A model generated the notes under the pieces. It ran no database searches, had not been told where the DNA came from, and worked only from the letters and a program-made list of their open reading frames with translations. The position numbers were made by a program, and so were the translations under genes. DNA of 64,000 nucleotides from Candidatus Bathyarchaeota archaeon (GTDB taxonomy: Archaea; Thermoproteota; Bathyarchaeia; Bathyarchaeales; Bathycorpusculaceae): NCBI GenBank assembly GCA_963811105.1, contig CAWEPZ010000011.1, forward strand, positions 224,001-288,000, read 5' to 3'. Below, one piece after another: positions 21,134 through 31,498 of the stretch. The number at the start of each line of letters is the position of its first letter. Positions within the stretch are counted from its first letter, which is position 1.

Positions 21134-22246
21134 ATGAGCGAAAACTTAAAGCAACCATGCACACTTTCTCAATCTAAGGCGAAAAACTTGACCAGAATTA
21201 GCGCTCTTCAGTCAGCAATCAAGGGAAAGTACGACTTCTACGCAGTTTTCAATGGCGTTAACCTAACCTATTTTTCTGGCTTCTCAGGAGCAACCGCTAT
21301 GCTTATCCCCCAGCAAGGCGAAAGCACCCTATACGTTTCATCAGTCAATTATGAACAAGCTAAGGTAGAAACCACCGGCTTAACAGTGCAATTTCTAAAA
21401 CTGGGTGAAAACCCGATGGAAAAAATCGCCAACCAAGCAGCTCCAAACAAACTCGCCATTGACTCGATGCCAATTGAAGCTTGGCGTGCTCTAGTCAAAG
21501 CAATGGGTGACGAAACAAGACTTGAACCTACAAGCAATATCGTCAGGGATTTACGAAAAATCAAAGATAAACAAGAAATTCAGCTGATCCGTGAAGCTTG
21601 CAGTTTAGCAGAAATCGGTATGCAGGTGGCGTTTGAAACTGTCAAGCCAGGCATACAGGAAAAGCAAGTGGCTGCACAAGTCGAGTATGCAATGAGAAAG
21701 AAAGGCTCCGATGGAACAAGCTTTGATACAATAATCGCTTCCGGACCTAACTCGGCTTTTCCCCATGGATCTTGCTCAAACAGAACAATCCGTGAAGGGG
21801 ACTTGATAGTGGTTGATTTAGGCGCGACCTACCGGTTATACCGTTCAGACATGACCCGAACCTTCACCACTGGCAAACCCTCAAAAAAGCAGAGAAAAAT
21901 CTATGAAGCAGTCAAAAGTGCGCAACAAAGAGCCTTCGAGACCATAAAACCAAACATCCAAGCCACACAAGTTGACACTGCAGCAAGGCTGGTAATTGAG
22001 CAAGCTGGTTTTGGCGGGTTTTTTGTTCACAACCTTGGCCACGGCGTGGGGTTGGAAGTTCATGAAGCACCTATTCTGAGTCCCGACAGTAAAGAAATCT
22101 TAGCCGTAGGCAATGTCGTGACGGATGAACCTGGAATTTACCTACCTGGTTATGGAGGAGTAAGAATCGAAGACACTATCTTAGTCAATGAGAGCGGTGC
22201 TGAAAAACTAACAAATGGATTATATTCTTTGGAAAAGAATCGGTGA
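21134..22246 (+). CDS. Xaa-Pro aminopeptidase (M24B)
   Basis: DLGA..Y.SDMTRT, HNLGHGVGLEVHE, EPGIY, GVRIED. Confidence 0.93.
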   Translation: MSENLKQPCTLSQSKAKNLTRISALQSAIKGKYDFYAVFNGVNLTYFSGFSGATAMLIPQQGESTLYVSSVNYEQAKVETTGLTVQFLKLGENPMEKIANQAAPNKLAIDSMPIEAWRALVKAMGDETRLEPTSNIVRDLRKIKDKQEIQLIREACSLAEIGMQVAFETVKPGIQEKQVAAQVEYAMRKKGSDGTSFDTIIASGPNSAFPHGSCSNRTIREGDLIVVDLGATYRLYRSDMTRTFTTGKPSKKQRKIYEAVKSAQQRAFETIKPNIQATQVDTAARLVIEQAGFGGFFVHNLGHGVGLEVHEAPILSPDSKEILAVGNVVTDEPGIYLPGYGGVRIEDTILVNESGAEKLTNGLYSLEKNR

Positions 22247-22295
22247 AGCAAGACTAAATAACTTCTTTTTATTTTGTTTAATAGAAGTAATTCTT

Positions 22296-22868
22296 TTGAT
22301 AAGACCTGCAATGGCGCTTGTCGATGTACAGAATGATTTGTTACAGGCCCCCAAATGGTTCAAAGAACAAGAAATGTGATTCCGTCTCTGCAGAGGCTCG
22401 TTGCAGCCGCAATAAAAAATAATGTACCGTTGTCTAAAGCGTTGTGCTCATTATCCCAGGATGTTGAGGTGACCCAGAAATGGGGCGAACACCCCACATA
22501 AGGTACCAAAAGGCGCTGAAGTCATTTTGGAGCTTAAGCCTGACAAAACTAAAGATTATGTCGTAGAGATGCGAACTTGCTGCAGTTTTTACGAGACAGG
22601 CTTAGATCTGCTGTTGAGAATTTTTTACGGTGCCGACGAAATGAAAACGGTGGTTCTTGGCGGTTTACGTACATATATGTGCATTCGTCACAATGCTGCA
22701 GATGCTTTCTTCCGTGGATATCACATAGTAATTCCTAAGGGAGGGTTGGAAGCGTTTACTTTGGAAGAGCAAGAACAAGAACTCAAGTACTTGGAATATG
22801 TTTATGTTGCAAAGATAACGATAGGTAATGGCATAATTAAAGAAATCGTTGATTTGAAACTGGGTTAG
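22296..22868 (+). pseudogene. Degraded isochorismatase/nicotinamidase-like cysteine hydrolase
   Basis: LVDVQND at the 5' end; frameshifts/stops to about 22520; C-half FYETGLD..LR, C.RH.AADAFFRGY; catalytic Lys position reads M. Confidence 0.75.
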
Positions 22869-24019
22869 GTCAAGGTGCTATTCCAATAATATATTGTTGA
22901 GTATCTGCCTGTCACGTTGAATGCGACATCATCGTAGATTATGTCAAGCTGCAAACCGTACCTAGCTACAAGCGCGTTTGTGTTGTATAAAATCAATGTT
23001 GCTTTGCTATCTTCAGGCCAGAGTCCCCAAATGTAATCCTCTTTAATATACGGTGTTCGCCTCATTCCCCACCCGTAGTCAGCAGGCAAAACAAGAGATA
23101 CCTGAGCCTTTTGCACGCCATAGCTTTCACGTGGGTAGGTATTAATGTAGTACCAGAACTGCTTCATAGCTTCAAAATGCTGCTCCGACAGGACACCATA
23201 AACGTTGTTTAATGGGTATATTGGATAGTTGAAGACTAAAACATATTTTGCACCAGCCTGGTAAGAGGACACCATATCACTGTACATTTCAGTTGCGTTT
23301 GGCATGTATGGTGGTTGCTGATACTTCCAGGTAATGATGGTGCCCCAATCTTTTCCCTGCATGTCTGCTGCTCCACGACAGAGCCCAATTTGTCGTGAGT
23401 TGCTTTCGTTCCAGCCTAACTCTGCAAAAACTGTATCGTAGCCTGCTTGGTAATCAAACCAGTAAAGAGCATAATCAGAAATAAACATGGGAACGCCTCG
23501 CCTTTTGGCATCCAATGTGCTGTTAGTTTTAAAGGCAATGTTGTTAACATACTGGTTTGCAGCATCACTGTAGTTGGCGGCGTTGAGGACAGTTTTTTGA
23601 GTTGCGTTTCCTTCGATTTGTTTTCCTCCAAGTTCATCTTGTAAATAGACGCCAAGAAACTTGTCTCCCCAATACTGTTTCGCTGTATCTAGCCATGTCT
23701 GGTGCCAAGGATAAATTATTCGGGAAATGAATGCAAAGTAGACTATGAATTTTAAGTTAGCTTGATCACAATAGTTGCATACTTCGTTTAAGGCGGTTTC
23801 GTTGGTTGTGATGTTCCACGAGTCGATGATAAACACGTTTGTGTAACTTTTTACTTTATCAATCAGCGGCTTAGCCGCTTCAGCTGAAGCTTCACCATAG
23901 GAAACCCCAAAATAGAAATCGGTTGATTTTGCAGTTGAAGCGCTTTGGTTTCCATCAAGGAAGAGCAAGCTTGCCAAAATTGCTGCAATAAGAAGCAAAG
24001 CCATGACTGAGAGTTTCAT
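22865..24019 (-). CDS. Secreted/membrane-anchored hypothetical protein (glycoside-hydrolase-like barrel possible)
   Basis: Signal-like N-terminus MKLSVMALLL; GVYLQDELGG; SDYALYWFDY. Confidence 0.7.
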   Translation of the reverse strand: MKLSVMALLLIAAILASLLFLDGNQSASTAKSTDFYFGVSYGEASAEAAKPLIDKVKSYTNVFIIDSWNITTNETALNEVCNYCDQANLKFIVYFAFISRIIYPWHQTWLDTAKQYWGDKFLGVYLQDELGGKQIEGNATQKTVLNAANYSDAANQYVNNIAFKTNSTLDAKRRGVPMFISDYALYWFDYQAGYDTVFAELGWNESNSRQIGLCRGAADMQGKDWGTIITWKYQQPPYMPNATEMYSDMVSSYQAGAKYVLVFNYPIYPLNNVYGVLSEQHFEAMKQFWYYINTYPRESYGVQKAQVSLVLPADYGWGMRRTPYIKEDYIWGLWPEDSKATLILYNTNALVARYGLQLDIIYDDVAFNVTGRYSTIYYWNSTLT

Positions 24020-24045
24020 TTCTATCTTAACAATTAAAGATCGAT

Positions 24046-24309
24046 TTGAGCATAAATGTTTTCCCAAAATTAACAAAAAACAATACCTCAAAAAGAGTGC
24101 AAGGTTGGAACAACAGTTCAAAAATAAAACCAGATAAAACTGTAAAAGCAGTAGCAGTTGTGACGCTTGTTGTTGCAACTGGGGTGATTCTGTCAACACT
24201 ATTCATAAAACAACACTATATCGCTGACGAAATCGCACGAATAGCACTCGCTTGGATAATCTGGACACTGATATTCAACAAACTATGGAAAAAACAAGCT
24301 TTACCATAA
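24046..24309 (+). CDS. Small membrane protein, start uncertain
   Basis: Two hydrophobic segments in the C-half. Confidence 0.4.
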   Translation: MSINVFPKLTKNNTSKRVQGWNNSSKIKPDKTVKAVAVVTLVVATGVILSTLFIKQHYIADEIARIALAWIIWTLIFNKLWKKQALP

Positions 24310-24344
24310 CCAATCTAAAGCAAAAGGCTACAATTCACCTCGTA

Positions 24345-24839
24345 TTAAGGGTGGTTTTGATGCCAGATTTTACTGTGAATGTAAAGTGAAGCCGCACCAA
24401 CGATGAGTGCTAAGAGGCTCCCCCCAAAAAGCGGAAAAACGAGAAGGCTCCCGTACCGTGCGATTTCTTGCTGCCACTGCCACGGATAAGGTTGATTCCA
24501 AAGTGGCCATGCCCCAATTACTTGGTAAGTAAATCCCAGAGCCGCCAACAATATGGCAACTTGCTCTTTATGGCCACCTTCTTGCGGTTGTATCCCCTTC
24601 ATACTATACGCGCAAAGGATCAGCGTTCCAACCAGGGTAACAGCAAAAAGGACTGGAATTATAAGGCTCCATTGAAGCGCCAAAACGTAGAAGCCCCGAA
24701 AACTGCCCAAGTTGCTATCTATGTTTGTGATAATAAAACATAAGTTAGTTAAGGTGAGAAATGTCAGTGATAAACCGATTGGTAACTGATGTCTCCAAAG
24801 AAACCCGGCCAACTGTCGGGCTTGACTTGTTTGCTTCAG
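24345..24839 (-). CDS. Hypothetical 4-TM membrane protein, start uncertain
   Basis: Hydrophobic ORF; true start must lie downstream of the tRNA. Confidence 0.6.
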   Translation of the reverse strand: MKQTSQARQLAGFLWRHQLPIGLSLTFLTLTNLCFIITNIDSNLGSFRGFYVLALQWSLIIPVLFAVTLVGTLILCAYSMKGIQPQEGGHKEQVAILLAALGFTYQVIGAWPLWNQPYPWQWQQEIARYGSLLVFPLFGGSLLALIVGAASLYIHSKIWHQNHP

Positions 24840-24874
24840 AGTCGCTTCACCCAAATAGTTTGCGGACTTTGGAG

Positions 24875-24951
24875 TGGTGGGCCCGAGGAGATTTGAACTC
24901 CTGACCAACAGATTATGAGTCTGGCGCTCTACCTAACTGAGCTACGGGCCC
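24875..24951 (-). tRNA. tRNA-Ile2(CAU), CCA encoded
   Basis: GGGCCCGTAGCTCAG...CTCATAA...GTTCAAATC...CGGGCCCACCA; Ile-type acceptor stem, agmatidine type. Confidence 0.88.
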
Positions 24952-25029
24952 ATTTGGTTGCACTCGTAATATTGCTGTTCCAAACAACATTTAAACATTT
25001 TCCGCATTTACACAAACCAACCAAAAGGT

Positions 25030-25890
25030 TCAACGCTGTGTTCTCTCGAAGTGGTACAGGTATTCTTGAGCGTAACCAGCGTACAGTCCAAAGTAGGTTC
25101 TGCCAAAAGCGTTGAGACGCTTATAATCTCCGTCGCTTAAGGAATCTATAGTTAGAAGCCTCTTTACTAGCGGTTCGGGCAGCATGTTGGCGTAGTGATT
25201 TAGAACTACACGCTTAACCCAGATATCAACCGGGAAAGCTTCCATTTTTTCAAGCGAAAAAAGCAGCACGCAATCGGCGACTTTCAAACCAACCCCTGAA
25301 AACTCCAAAAGCTGCTTTCTAGCTTCAAGATAGGTGAGGTTTTTTAAATCTTCAATGTCGAGGTTTTCTTCATGGATTTTCTTGGCTGTTGCTTGCACAT
25401 ATTTGGCCCTATAACCCAAACCACAATCGAGCAAGGCGTTTTCACTTGCAAATGCCAACTTTTCTACTGTTGGGAAAACGTAGAAATCTAAACCGTCAAA
25501 GCACTTCTTTTTCCCAAACTTTTGTGATAGTTTGCTTAGCATTAGCTCGATTGCAGCTATGCTTTTGTAAGTCGCGCAGATAAAGCTGATAAGGCACTCC
25601 CAAGGCACCTGTCGAACTATCCGCAGCCCCTCAAAGCGGCGCAAAGCGGCCTTAACGTAATCATCCCTGCCGATGCATCTGCTAATTTCTATTAAGTTAT
25701 CGTTTAAACCAAAATATTGTTGAACAAACTCTTCGTCTACACCTTCAAACTCCAATTCATCGCCGAATTGACGTATTTTGAGCATGTTCTCGCCGACTAG
25801 TCCATACCACCAGTCACCCATCTTCTTCCAGCGGAAAACCTGCCCGCAGCAGAGTGAAAAATCCAAATCAAACCCGACATCAAGCCTCAT
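25030..25890 (-). CDS. 8-oxoguanine DNA glycosylase (Ogg1-like HhH-GPD)
   Basis: CGQVFRW, GLGYRA, GVG.KVADC, FPVD.W, AGYAQEYL. Confidence 0.92.
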   Translation of the reverse strand: MRLDVGFDLDFSLCCGQVFRWKKMGDWWYGLVGENMLKIRQFGDELEFEGVDEEFVQQYFGLNDNLIEISRCIGRDDYVKAALRRFEGLRIVRQVPWECLISFICATYKSIAAIELMLSKLSQKFGKKKCFDGLDFYVFPTVEKLAFASENALLDCGLGYRAKYVQATAKKIHEENLDIEDLKNLTYLEARKQLLEFSGVGLKVADCVLLFSLEKMEAFPVDIWVKRVVLNHYANMLPEPLVKRLLTIDSLSDGDYKRLNAFGRTYFGLYAGYAQEYLYHFERTQR

Positions 25891-25895
25891 CGCTT

Positions 25896-28004
25896 CTACT
25901 GCTCCATGAACTTTTCGGGCCTAGGCACTTCCAGATGCAAACCTTTTCGTTGGCGTAAATCACTAATAACCTGCAACCCGAGTTTTTGAGGTATCTTTTC
26001 CCAGTGGTCAAAGAATAATTGCCAAAAAGCTCTGCCGGAAGTTGCAGACCTCAGTTCCTTGGAGAACCCGAAGGTTTCTGCGACTGGTATGAAACCACTG
26101 ATAACTGTCAAGAGCCCCTTTTGTTCAAACAAGGTTACTTTGCCGCGTCTGCTTGATAAGATTCTTGAGGATTCGCCGGTTAATTCTGATGCAATAGTTA
26201 TGATTATTCTGTAGATGGGTTCTAATATTATTGGTTGAGCAGTCAAGAATGAACCAAAAATTGCCTTGCTAACTCCCCGCATGACTTCCGTTGACTTAAA
26301 TTCTTCGCCTAACTGCAAATCCTTCAAGTCAACCTTTACATGTCGAATTGGCTCACCACATAACGGACCTGCTTTGCAAGCAAATTCAAAGCCGCCAATA
26401 ATTGCATCCAGAACTTCCTCAGAAACTGGCTCAGTTTTTTTGCTGCAGTCCAAAAGCACGTTACGTTGTTCATCAATTGAAAGAATATCGCCTGGCTCTT
26501 CAATTCCTTGTCCATCGGGTGCTACTTCTACATAGAAAACATTCTGCTTATTGGGGCTTCTTGCCATAGCAACAATGCCATTTTTTTCAACGCTTTCCAT
26601 GTAAACAACCCGCGGTGAAGAAAACGTGACCTCCAGTCCGTAAGTATTTTTAAGTTCATTAATAGCGACTTCGAGATGCAATTCGCCCATCCCGCTTAGT
26701 AAGTACTCTCCCGTTTCGCGGTCCAACCTAACTTTAAGATTTGGATCCTCATTAGCAAGCTTCTCTAAGTTCTCAAGCAAAACGGGGATATCTTGTGGGT
26801 TCCGGGGTTCAACTGCCAAAGTCACAACGGGTTCAGAAACGTAGCTTATGCCTTCAAAAGGAACCATATCAACCTTGTGTGCAAGGTCAATTAGGGTTTC
26901 GCCCGCTTTAACTTCGCCTGACAAAGATAAAGATGCTAAGTTGCCAGCGGGAACCATATTGACTTCTTCCCTAAGTGAACCCATATCAATGGCAACTTGG
27001 GTAACTTCTGTTTCACACAGAGCATCCACAAGATGTAGCCGATTACCCTTCTCTAATTTGCCAGAAAATAATCTGCCAGTGGCAACTGTTCCGCCATTCT
27101 CATCCGAGTGCACGTTAGATACACAGAAAACCGTTGGCCCCTCATCGTTGCATTCGACCAGTGCTTTGCCGATCGGCGAATCAACTTGCCCATCCCAAAT
27201 CTGAGCAATTCTGTACGCTTGAGCTTCTCGTGGGTTCGGCAGTTTGTTGATTGCCATTTCAAAAATTGCTTCGTAAACGGGAACGTTCTTCTGCAGTTTC
27301 GCTTGTTCTCCTTTTGTATAAGCTTCGGTTATGTCTGAGAATTTAACGCCCTTCTGTTTTGCGATATCCATTGTGAAGCCCCAGCCATTCAACGCGGCTC
27401 CGAAAGCCACGTTTCCTGATGATGCATTGATTTTCCATTGGTTTTTGAACGGTCCTTCGCAATAGAGTTCAATGAGGTCATTGAAAGTGCTAATAATGTG
27501 GTCAAGTTTTTTTTGGATTTGCTCTTCGCTGAGATGCAGTTCTGTTATGAGTCGGTCAACTTTATTGATAAAAAGTACAGGCCGAACTCTCTCATACAGT
27601 GCTTGCCTAGTTACGATTTCGGTTTGAGCCATAATCTCCTCAACTGCATCAACAACCACCACTGCACCATCAATAACGCGTAAGGCACGTGTTACTTTAC
27701 CCGTGAAATCGACGTGTCCAGGAGTGTCCACAAGATTGATGATGTATCGACTTGCCTCAATCTTACAAAGCAGAGTTATGTTTGCTGTCTTTATTGTAAT
27801 TTTTCGTTTCTGCTCTTCCTCAAGATAATCAAGCACCCTAGCGGAACCGGCCATTGCTGTAGACAACAAACCCGCACCTGCCAAAAGGGAATCGGCAAGC
27901 GTCGTTTTGCCATGGTCAATATGAGCAATTATGCCTATGTTTCGAATGAGCTCTTTTCTGCTCATAAGCTCTTGAATCTGCTGTATCTGCTTGAATCTCG
28001 GCAT
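25896..28004 (-). CDS. Elongation factor 2 paralog (aEF-2p-like)
   Basis: AHIDHGKTT, DTPGHVDF, NKVD, GMGELHLE, LRSATSG; no HRG diphthamide loop. Confidence 0.88.
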   Translation of the reverse strand: MPRFKQIQQIQELMSRKELIRNIGIIAHIDHGKTTLADSLLAGAGLLSTAMAGSARVLDYLEEEQKRKITIKTANITLLCKIEASRYIINLVDTPGHVDFTGKVTRALRVIDGAVVVVDAVEEIMAQTEIVTRQALYERVRPVLFINKVDRLITELHLSEEQIQKKLDHIISTFNDLIELYCEGPFKNQWKINASSGNVAFGAALNGWGFTMDIAKQKGVKFSDITEAYTKGEQAKLQKNVPVYEAIFEMAINKLPNPREAQAYRIAQIWDGQVDSPIGKALVECNDEGPTVFCVSNVHSDENGGTVATGRLFSGKLEKGNRLHLVDALCETEVTQVAIDMGSLREEVNMVPAGNLASLSLSGEVKAGETLIDLAHKVDMVPFEGISYVSEPVVTLAVEPRNPQDIPVLLENLEKLANEDPNLKVRLDRETGEYLLSGMGELHLEVAINELKNTYGLEVTFSSPRVVYMESVEKNGIVAMARSPNKQNVFYVEVAPDGQGIEEPGDILSIDEQRNVLLDCSKKTEPVSEEVLDAIIGGFEFACKAGPLCGEPIRHVKVDLKDLQLGEEFKSTEVMRGVSKAIFGSFLTAQPIILEPIYRIIITIASELTGESSRILSSRRGKVTLFEQKGLLTVISGFIPVAETFGFSKELRSATSGRAFWQLFFDHWEKIPQKLGLQVISDLRQRKGLHLEVPRPEKFMEQ

Positions 28005-28225
28005 AGCTATACCAAACAGAATCCCAATAATGGTGTCACACTATTAAAATTTATAACTTCCAAACCACAACCGCGTCGACTTTGTTGTTGTGTTCACGAT
28101 TCCAGTTGAAGCTGCACCAAAAAGCGTTGAGATGGCTAAAACGCCGTGTTTGGTTGACTTGAAATGCAAGACCTAATTTTGAAAGTTGCCTGAGCATATA
28201 GGCGAAACTCGGTCGTGCAATCGCA

Positions 28226-28423
28226 TTATTTTATTATTGTTTGTACTCTGCCTACTTTGCCGTCTGTTAGTCGTACCTTGATTCCGTGTGGATGAGTTGG
28301 GCTGCTCGTTAGGATTTCTTTAACTATGCCCTCCGTTAAGGTGCCGCTGTGTTGGTGCTGCTTTAAGACGATTTTTACGCGGATGCCCGATTTGATTTGG
28401 CTTCTTTGCTGATTAGGCTCCAT
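28226..28423 (-). CDS. YwbE-family (DUF2196) protein
   Basis: ILTSSPTHPHGIKVRL.DGKVGRV. Confidence 0.9.
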   Translation of the reverse strand: MEPNQQRSQIKSGIRVKIVLKQHQHSGTLTEGIVKEILTSSPTHPHGIKVRLTDGKVGRVQTIIK

Positions 28424-28546
28424 TTGCAGACACGGGTGGTTCGATACTTATAGTTCATTCGGGCAGAAACTGTTATTCCGATTAGGTGAACTAATCTAAT
28501 TAATAATCTCGCTAACGTAGTAATCATCGATTAAAGGAACCGACAA

Positions 28547-29314
28547 ATGAAAAAACCTACAATAATCCCCGTCGACCAGTTGACGGAAGAACCTTACGCT
28601 TCAGTTCTCTGCTTCCCAAATCCCACCGAAGTCGAAGCGCAAAGCCGCATTGAGGAACTGCGTACCCACGGAGTTTCGGCTCTCGAGTTTTCGGGGTCAG
28701 CTAGCGTGTTTGGCGTTGCAGTTCCAGTTTTGGGCAAGGGCTTCGTAGGCATCGTGGTAATCGCACACTTGAACGGGGAAAGGGTAGCTGTCAAAATCCG
28801 AAGAGTAGACGCTGACCGCGCTAACCTGCTTCACGAAGCAGCTATGATAGCCAAAGCGAACATCGTAAATGTAGCGCCGCATCTGGTAGCCACAAGCAAA
28901 AACTTCCTCTTCATGCAACTCATCGATGGCGACCTGCTACCAAACTGGCTAAAAACAAAAAGAGAAAAATCAGCAGTAAGGAAGGTATTGGAGGAAGTTT
29001 TGGAACAGTGCTTTAGGCTGGATGAAGCAGGTTTGGACCACGGGGAACTCAGCAATGCCCCGAAACATCTGCTTTTAGACAAAACGGGTAATGTGTTTAT
29101 TGTTGATTTTGAAACCTCAAGCAGTGAGCGCAGAGTAGCAAATGTTACAGCGGTTTGTCAATACCTTTTTGCAGGAAACAGCAGTGCATCGAAGATTCTA
29201 AGGGAGATTTTTGGGGAAAAGGATAGGTTGGATTTGATTGATGTGATGAGGGCTTACAAGAAAAACAGAACCCGACAAAAATTTGAGAGTTTACTAAAGT
29301 TCTGCCTTTCTTAG
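28547..29314 (+). CDS. RIO/Bud32-like Ser/Thr kinase
   Basis: LGKGFVGIV, VAVKIRR, DHGELS, IVDFE. Confidence 0.85.
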   Translation: MKKPTIIPVDQLTEEPYASVLCFPNPTEVEAQSRIEELRTHGVSALEFSGSASVFGVAVPVLGKGFVGIVVIAHLNGERVAVKIRRVDADRANLLHEAAMIAKANIVNVAPHLVATSKNFLFMQLIDGDLLPNWLKTKREKSAVRKVLEEVLEQCFRLDEAGLDHGELSNAPKHLLLDKTGNVFIVDFETSSSERRVANVTAVCQYLFAGNSSASKILREIFGEKDRLDLIDVMRAYKKNRTRQKFESLLKFCLS

Positions 29315-29318
29315 CACT

Positions 29319-30404
29319 TTAAGCTAAAACTTCATGCAGTCTCTTATGTTCTTTAGCTTGTTTTATTTCCTTGGCTATGCGTCTGCCCATGTACATGTTC
29401 TCGCCATATTTCAGGTAGGCATATGGTGAAGTGCCGATGCCAACGTTTGTTCCCGCGACGATACGGGCTGAGATTTCAAAGGTGAAGATTTTGAGGTCGT
29501 CAGTTATTACAGTTTCCAGGCAGAATGGCCCTATTATTCCCGGGGGCGCCAGTTCCTTGGCTTTTTTGTGGACACTATCGCCCATACGCATCATTTCAGG
29601 CAGCAAAGATTCCCGTAGAACAATAGGGAAGTTGCCAACAACAGTGTACGTTGGATTAACACCTATTTCTAATTGTTCGGCTGCGGGAATTTTGCCGATA
29701 GAATCTACAGCTGACTCGTAACGCCGATCCATGGCTAGAAGTTCAATGTCATCGTTTAGGATTGAGCTGAAGTAGCTGGGGTAAACATTCACGCCTAGCG
29801 CATATTCTTGAAGGTGAATCTGTAGTAAATCTTCCTGCTTAAGCAATCCACGTTTGATTAACTCTTTGAATTTTTTGTAGAAAGCTTCAGGTGAATTTGC
29901 TAAGAAGTATCCGCGTCCACCTTTAGCACCGGGCAATTTGGCGATTACTAAGCGGTCGATGTCTTCGGGAGTTTTGAATGTTTCAGGTAAGCGCAGTCCA
30001 GCTTGGCGAAGCCATTCTTCTTGGGATTTGCGGTTTGCTTCCCAATGAAGTAGTTGCCGGTTTCCAAACATGGGCACAAAGAGGCTGTCAGTTAACTCTT
30101 CTGTACTCAAGTAGGCGGTAAATGAACCGTGGGGTACTAAAACAACGTTTAATTTGCGCAGTTTTTCCTGCATTTTCTCGTTTAGGATTTCAGTGAAGTC
30201 TTTTACTATGATTAACTCGTCAACAAGTGGGTATTTCTGGTACATTATAGCGTCTTTTTCTTTGCAAATACATACAGTACGGAAGCCTTCTTCTTTGGCG
30301 CCTTTGAAAATATTCAGGGAGCTATGTGAGCCCAAGGTGCCGATTGTAATTTTGTTTTGGTCGTATTTGTCAATGATTTTGCCAATGTTCGCATGAGTTA
30401 TCAT
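29319..30404 (-). CDS. purP: Formate--AICAR ligase PurP
   Basis: GSHSSL, PHGSF, GAKGGRGY, GPFCLE, FEISARIVAGTN. Confidence 0.92.
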   Translation of the reverse strand: MITHANIGKIIDKYDQNKITIGTLGSHSSLNIFKGAKEEGFRTVCICKEKDAIMYQKYPLVDELIIVKDFTEILNEKMQEKLRKLNVVLVPHGSFTAYLSTEELTDSLFVPMFGNRQLLHWEANRKSQEEWLRQAGLRLPETFKTPEDIDRLVIAKLPGAKGGRGYFLANSPEAFYKKFKELIKRGLLKQEDLLQIHLQEYALGVNVYPSYFSSILNDDIELLAMDRRYESAVDSIGKIPAAEQLEIGVNPTYTVVGNFPIVLRESLLPEMMRMGDSVHKKAKELAPPGIIGPFCLETVITDDLKIFTFEISARIVAGTNVGIGTSPYAYLKYGENMYMGRRIAKEIKQAKEHKRLHEVLA

Positions 30405-31498
30405 GTTACCACTTCGTCAAGTCTGTTTTTCCTAATTGCGCGTTTTATTTCCATAGCCACGCGTTTACCTGGACCAACTTCGACGCCATACTTATATTTC
30501 ATATAGGGCGAAGTTGGTTCTACACAGGGGCATCCTGGAACTCTGGGGCTAACGTCAAAAACGTAGAAGTCCAAATTCTTAGTAATTGCACCTTGCAAGG
30601 CAAACAAGCCTATCATTCCAGGGGGATACTCTTTTTTGCATGTGTCGACGAATTTTTCAGCTGCTTCAAAGATTTTCTCAATTTGGCTCTCTCGCATGGT
30701 TGCACCCATATGACCGATCTCTATGTTCTGTGTCGAAATATCTAGTTCAAGTTGCTCTTTTGCCGGAAGGTCAAGAACCCCGTCGAGATCAGTTTGGATA
30801 CGTCGATCGAATCCGAGTAGGTCAATGTCGTCATTTAAAGGAGACCAGAAAAGGTTAGCGTTAAACTTCGCACCAATAACGTACTCCTCAATAACAGCGT
30901 GATCGAGTGCTTCCTTGGTTATTATGCCCTTGGCGATACGGTCGCTAGCCATCTTTTTAAATTCAACTGGATTTGATGGGTAGAAAAATGCTCTCTCGAT
31001 AGCTCGTTGCTTTTCTGGAACTTTTACAATTGCTAAACGGTCGATTTCGCTGGGTGACTTGAAGGTTTTTGGTGTTGCTATTCCGGCTTTCTGGAGAAGA
31101 TAGAGTTGGTTTCTCGGAGTGTTACGCTCTTCCGTTCGAAGCATAAGGCGGTTGCCCATAAGAGGTACTGCAAATTTTTGTTCAATTGCTTCGTAGCCCG
31201 CGTACACGCTGAATGAGCGGTTCGGAACGAAAATTGTGTTTAGCTCGGTTAGTTGCTTCACGTTTTCTGGATTATTTATTTCTGAGAATTTGTCTAAGAA
31301 GATAAATTTGTCAAATATGTTTCTGTAATATCTTGCATAGGTTTTTTCTCTGCCATTTTGGCACACAACTACTGTTTTGAACCCTTCCTGTTTGGCTCCT
31401 GAAGCAATTTCAAGAGCGGAGTGTGAACCTAAAACGCCGACGTGAATTTTTTTTGGATTGTAATTGGCTATTGTTTCTTTAATGATATCGTTCATCAT
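30401..31498 (-). CDS. PurP-like ATP-grasp paralog
   Basis: GSHSAL, PNRSF, ERAFF, FDVSPRVPG. Confidence 0.88.
   Translation of the reverse strand: MMNDIIKETIANYNPKKIHVGVLGSHSALEIASGAKQEGFKTVVVCQNGREKTYARYYRNIFDKFIFLDKFSEINNPENVKQLTELNTIFVPNRSFSVYAGYEAIEQKFAVPLMGNRLMLRTEERNTPRNQLYLLQKAGIATPKTFKSPSEIDRLAIVKVPEKQRAIERAFFYPSNPVEFKKMASDRIAKGIITKEALDHAVIEEYVIGAKFNANLFWSPLNDDIDLLGFDRRIQTDLDGVLDLPAKEQLELDISTQNIEIGHMGATMRESQIEKIFEAAEKFVDTCKKEYPPGMIGLFALQGAITKNLDFYVFDVSPRVPGCPCVEPTSPYMKYKYGVEVGPGKRVAMEIKRAIRKNRLDEVVT

Noticed and set aside
24875-24951. CAU tRNA as tRNA-Met
   Set aside because: The GGGCCC acceptor stem is Ile-like and initiator features are absent; Ile2 is more likely.
24840-25115. 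N-terminal extension of ORF 24345-24908 and ORF 24915-25115
   Set aside because: They overlap tRNA-Ile2.
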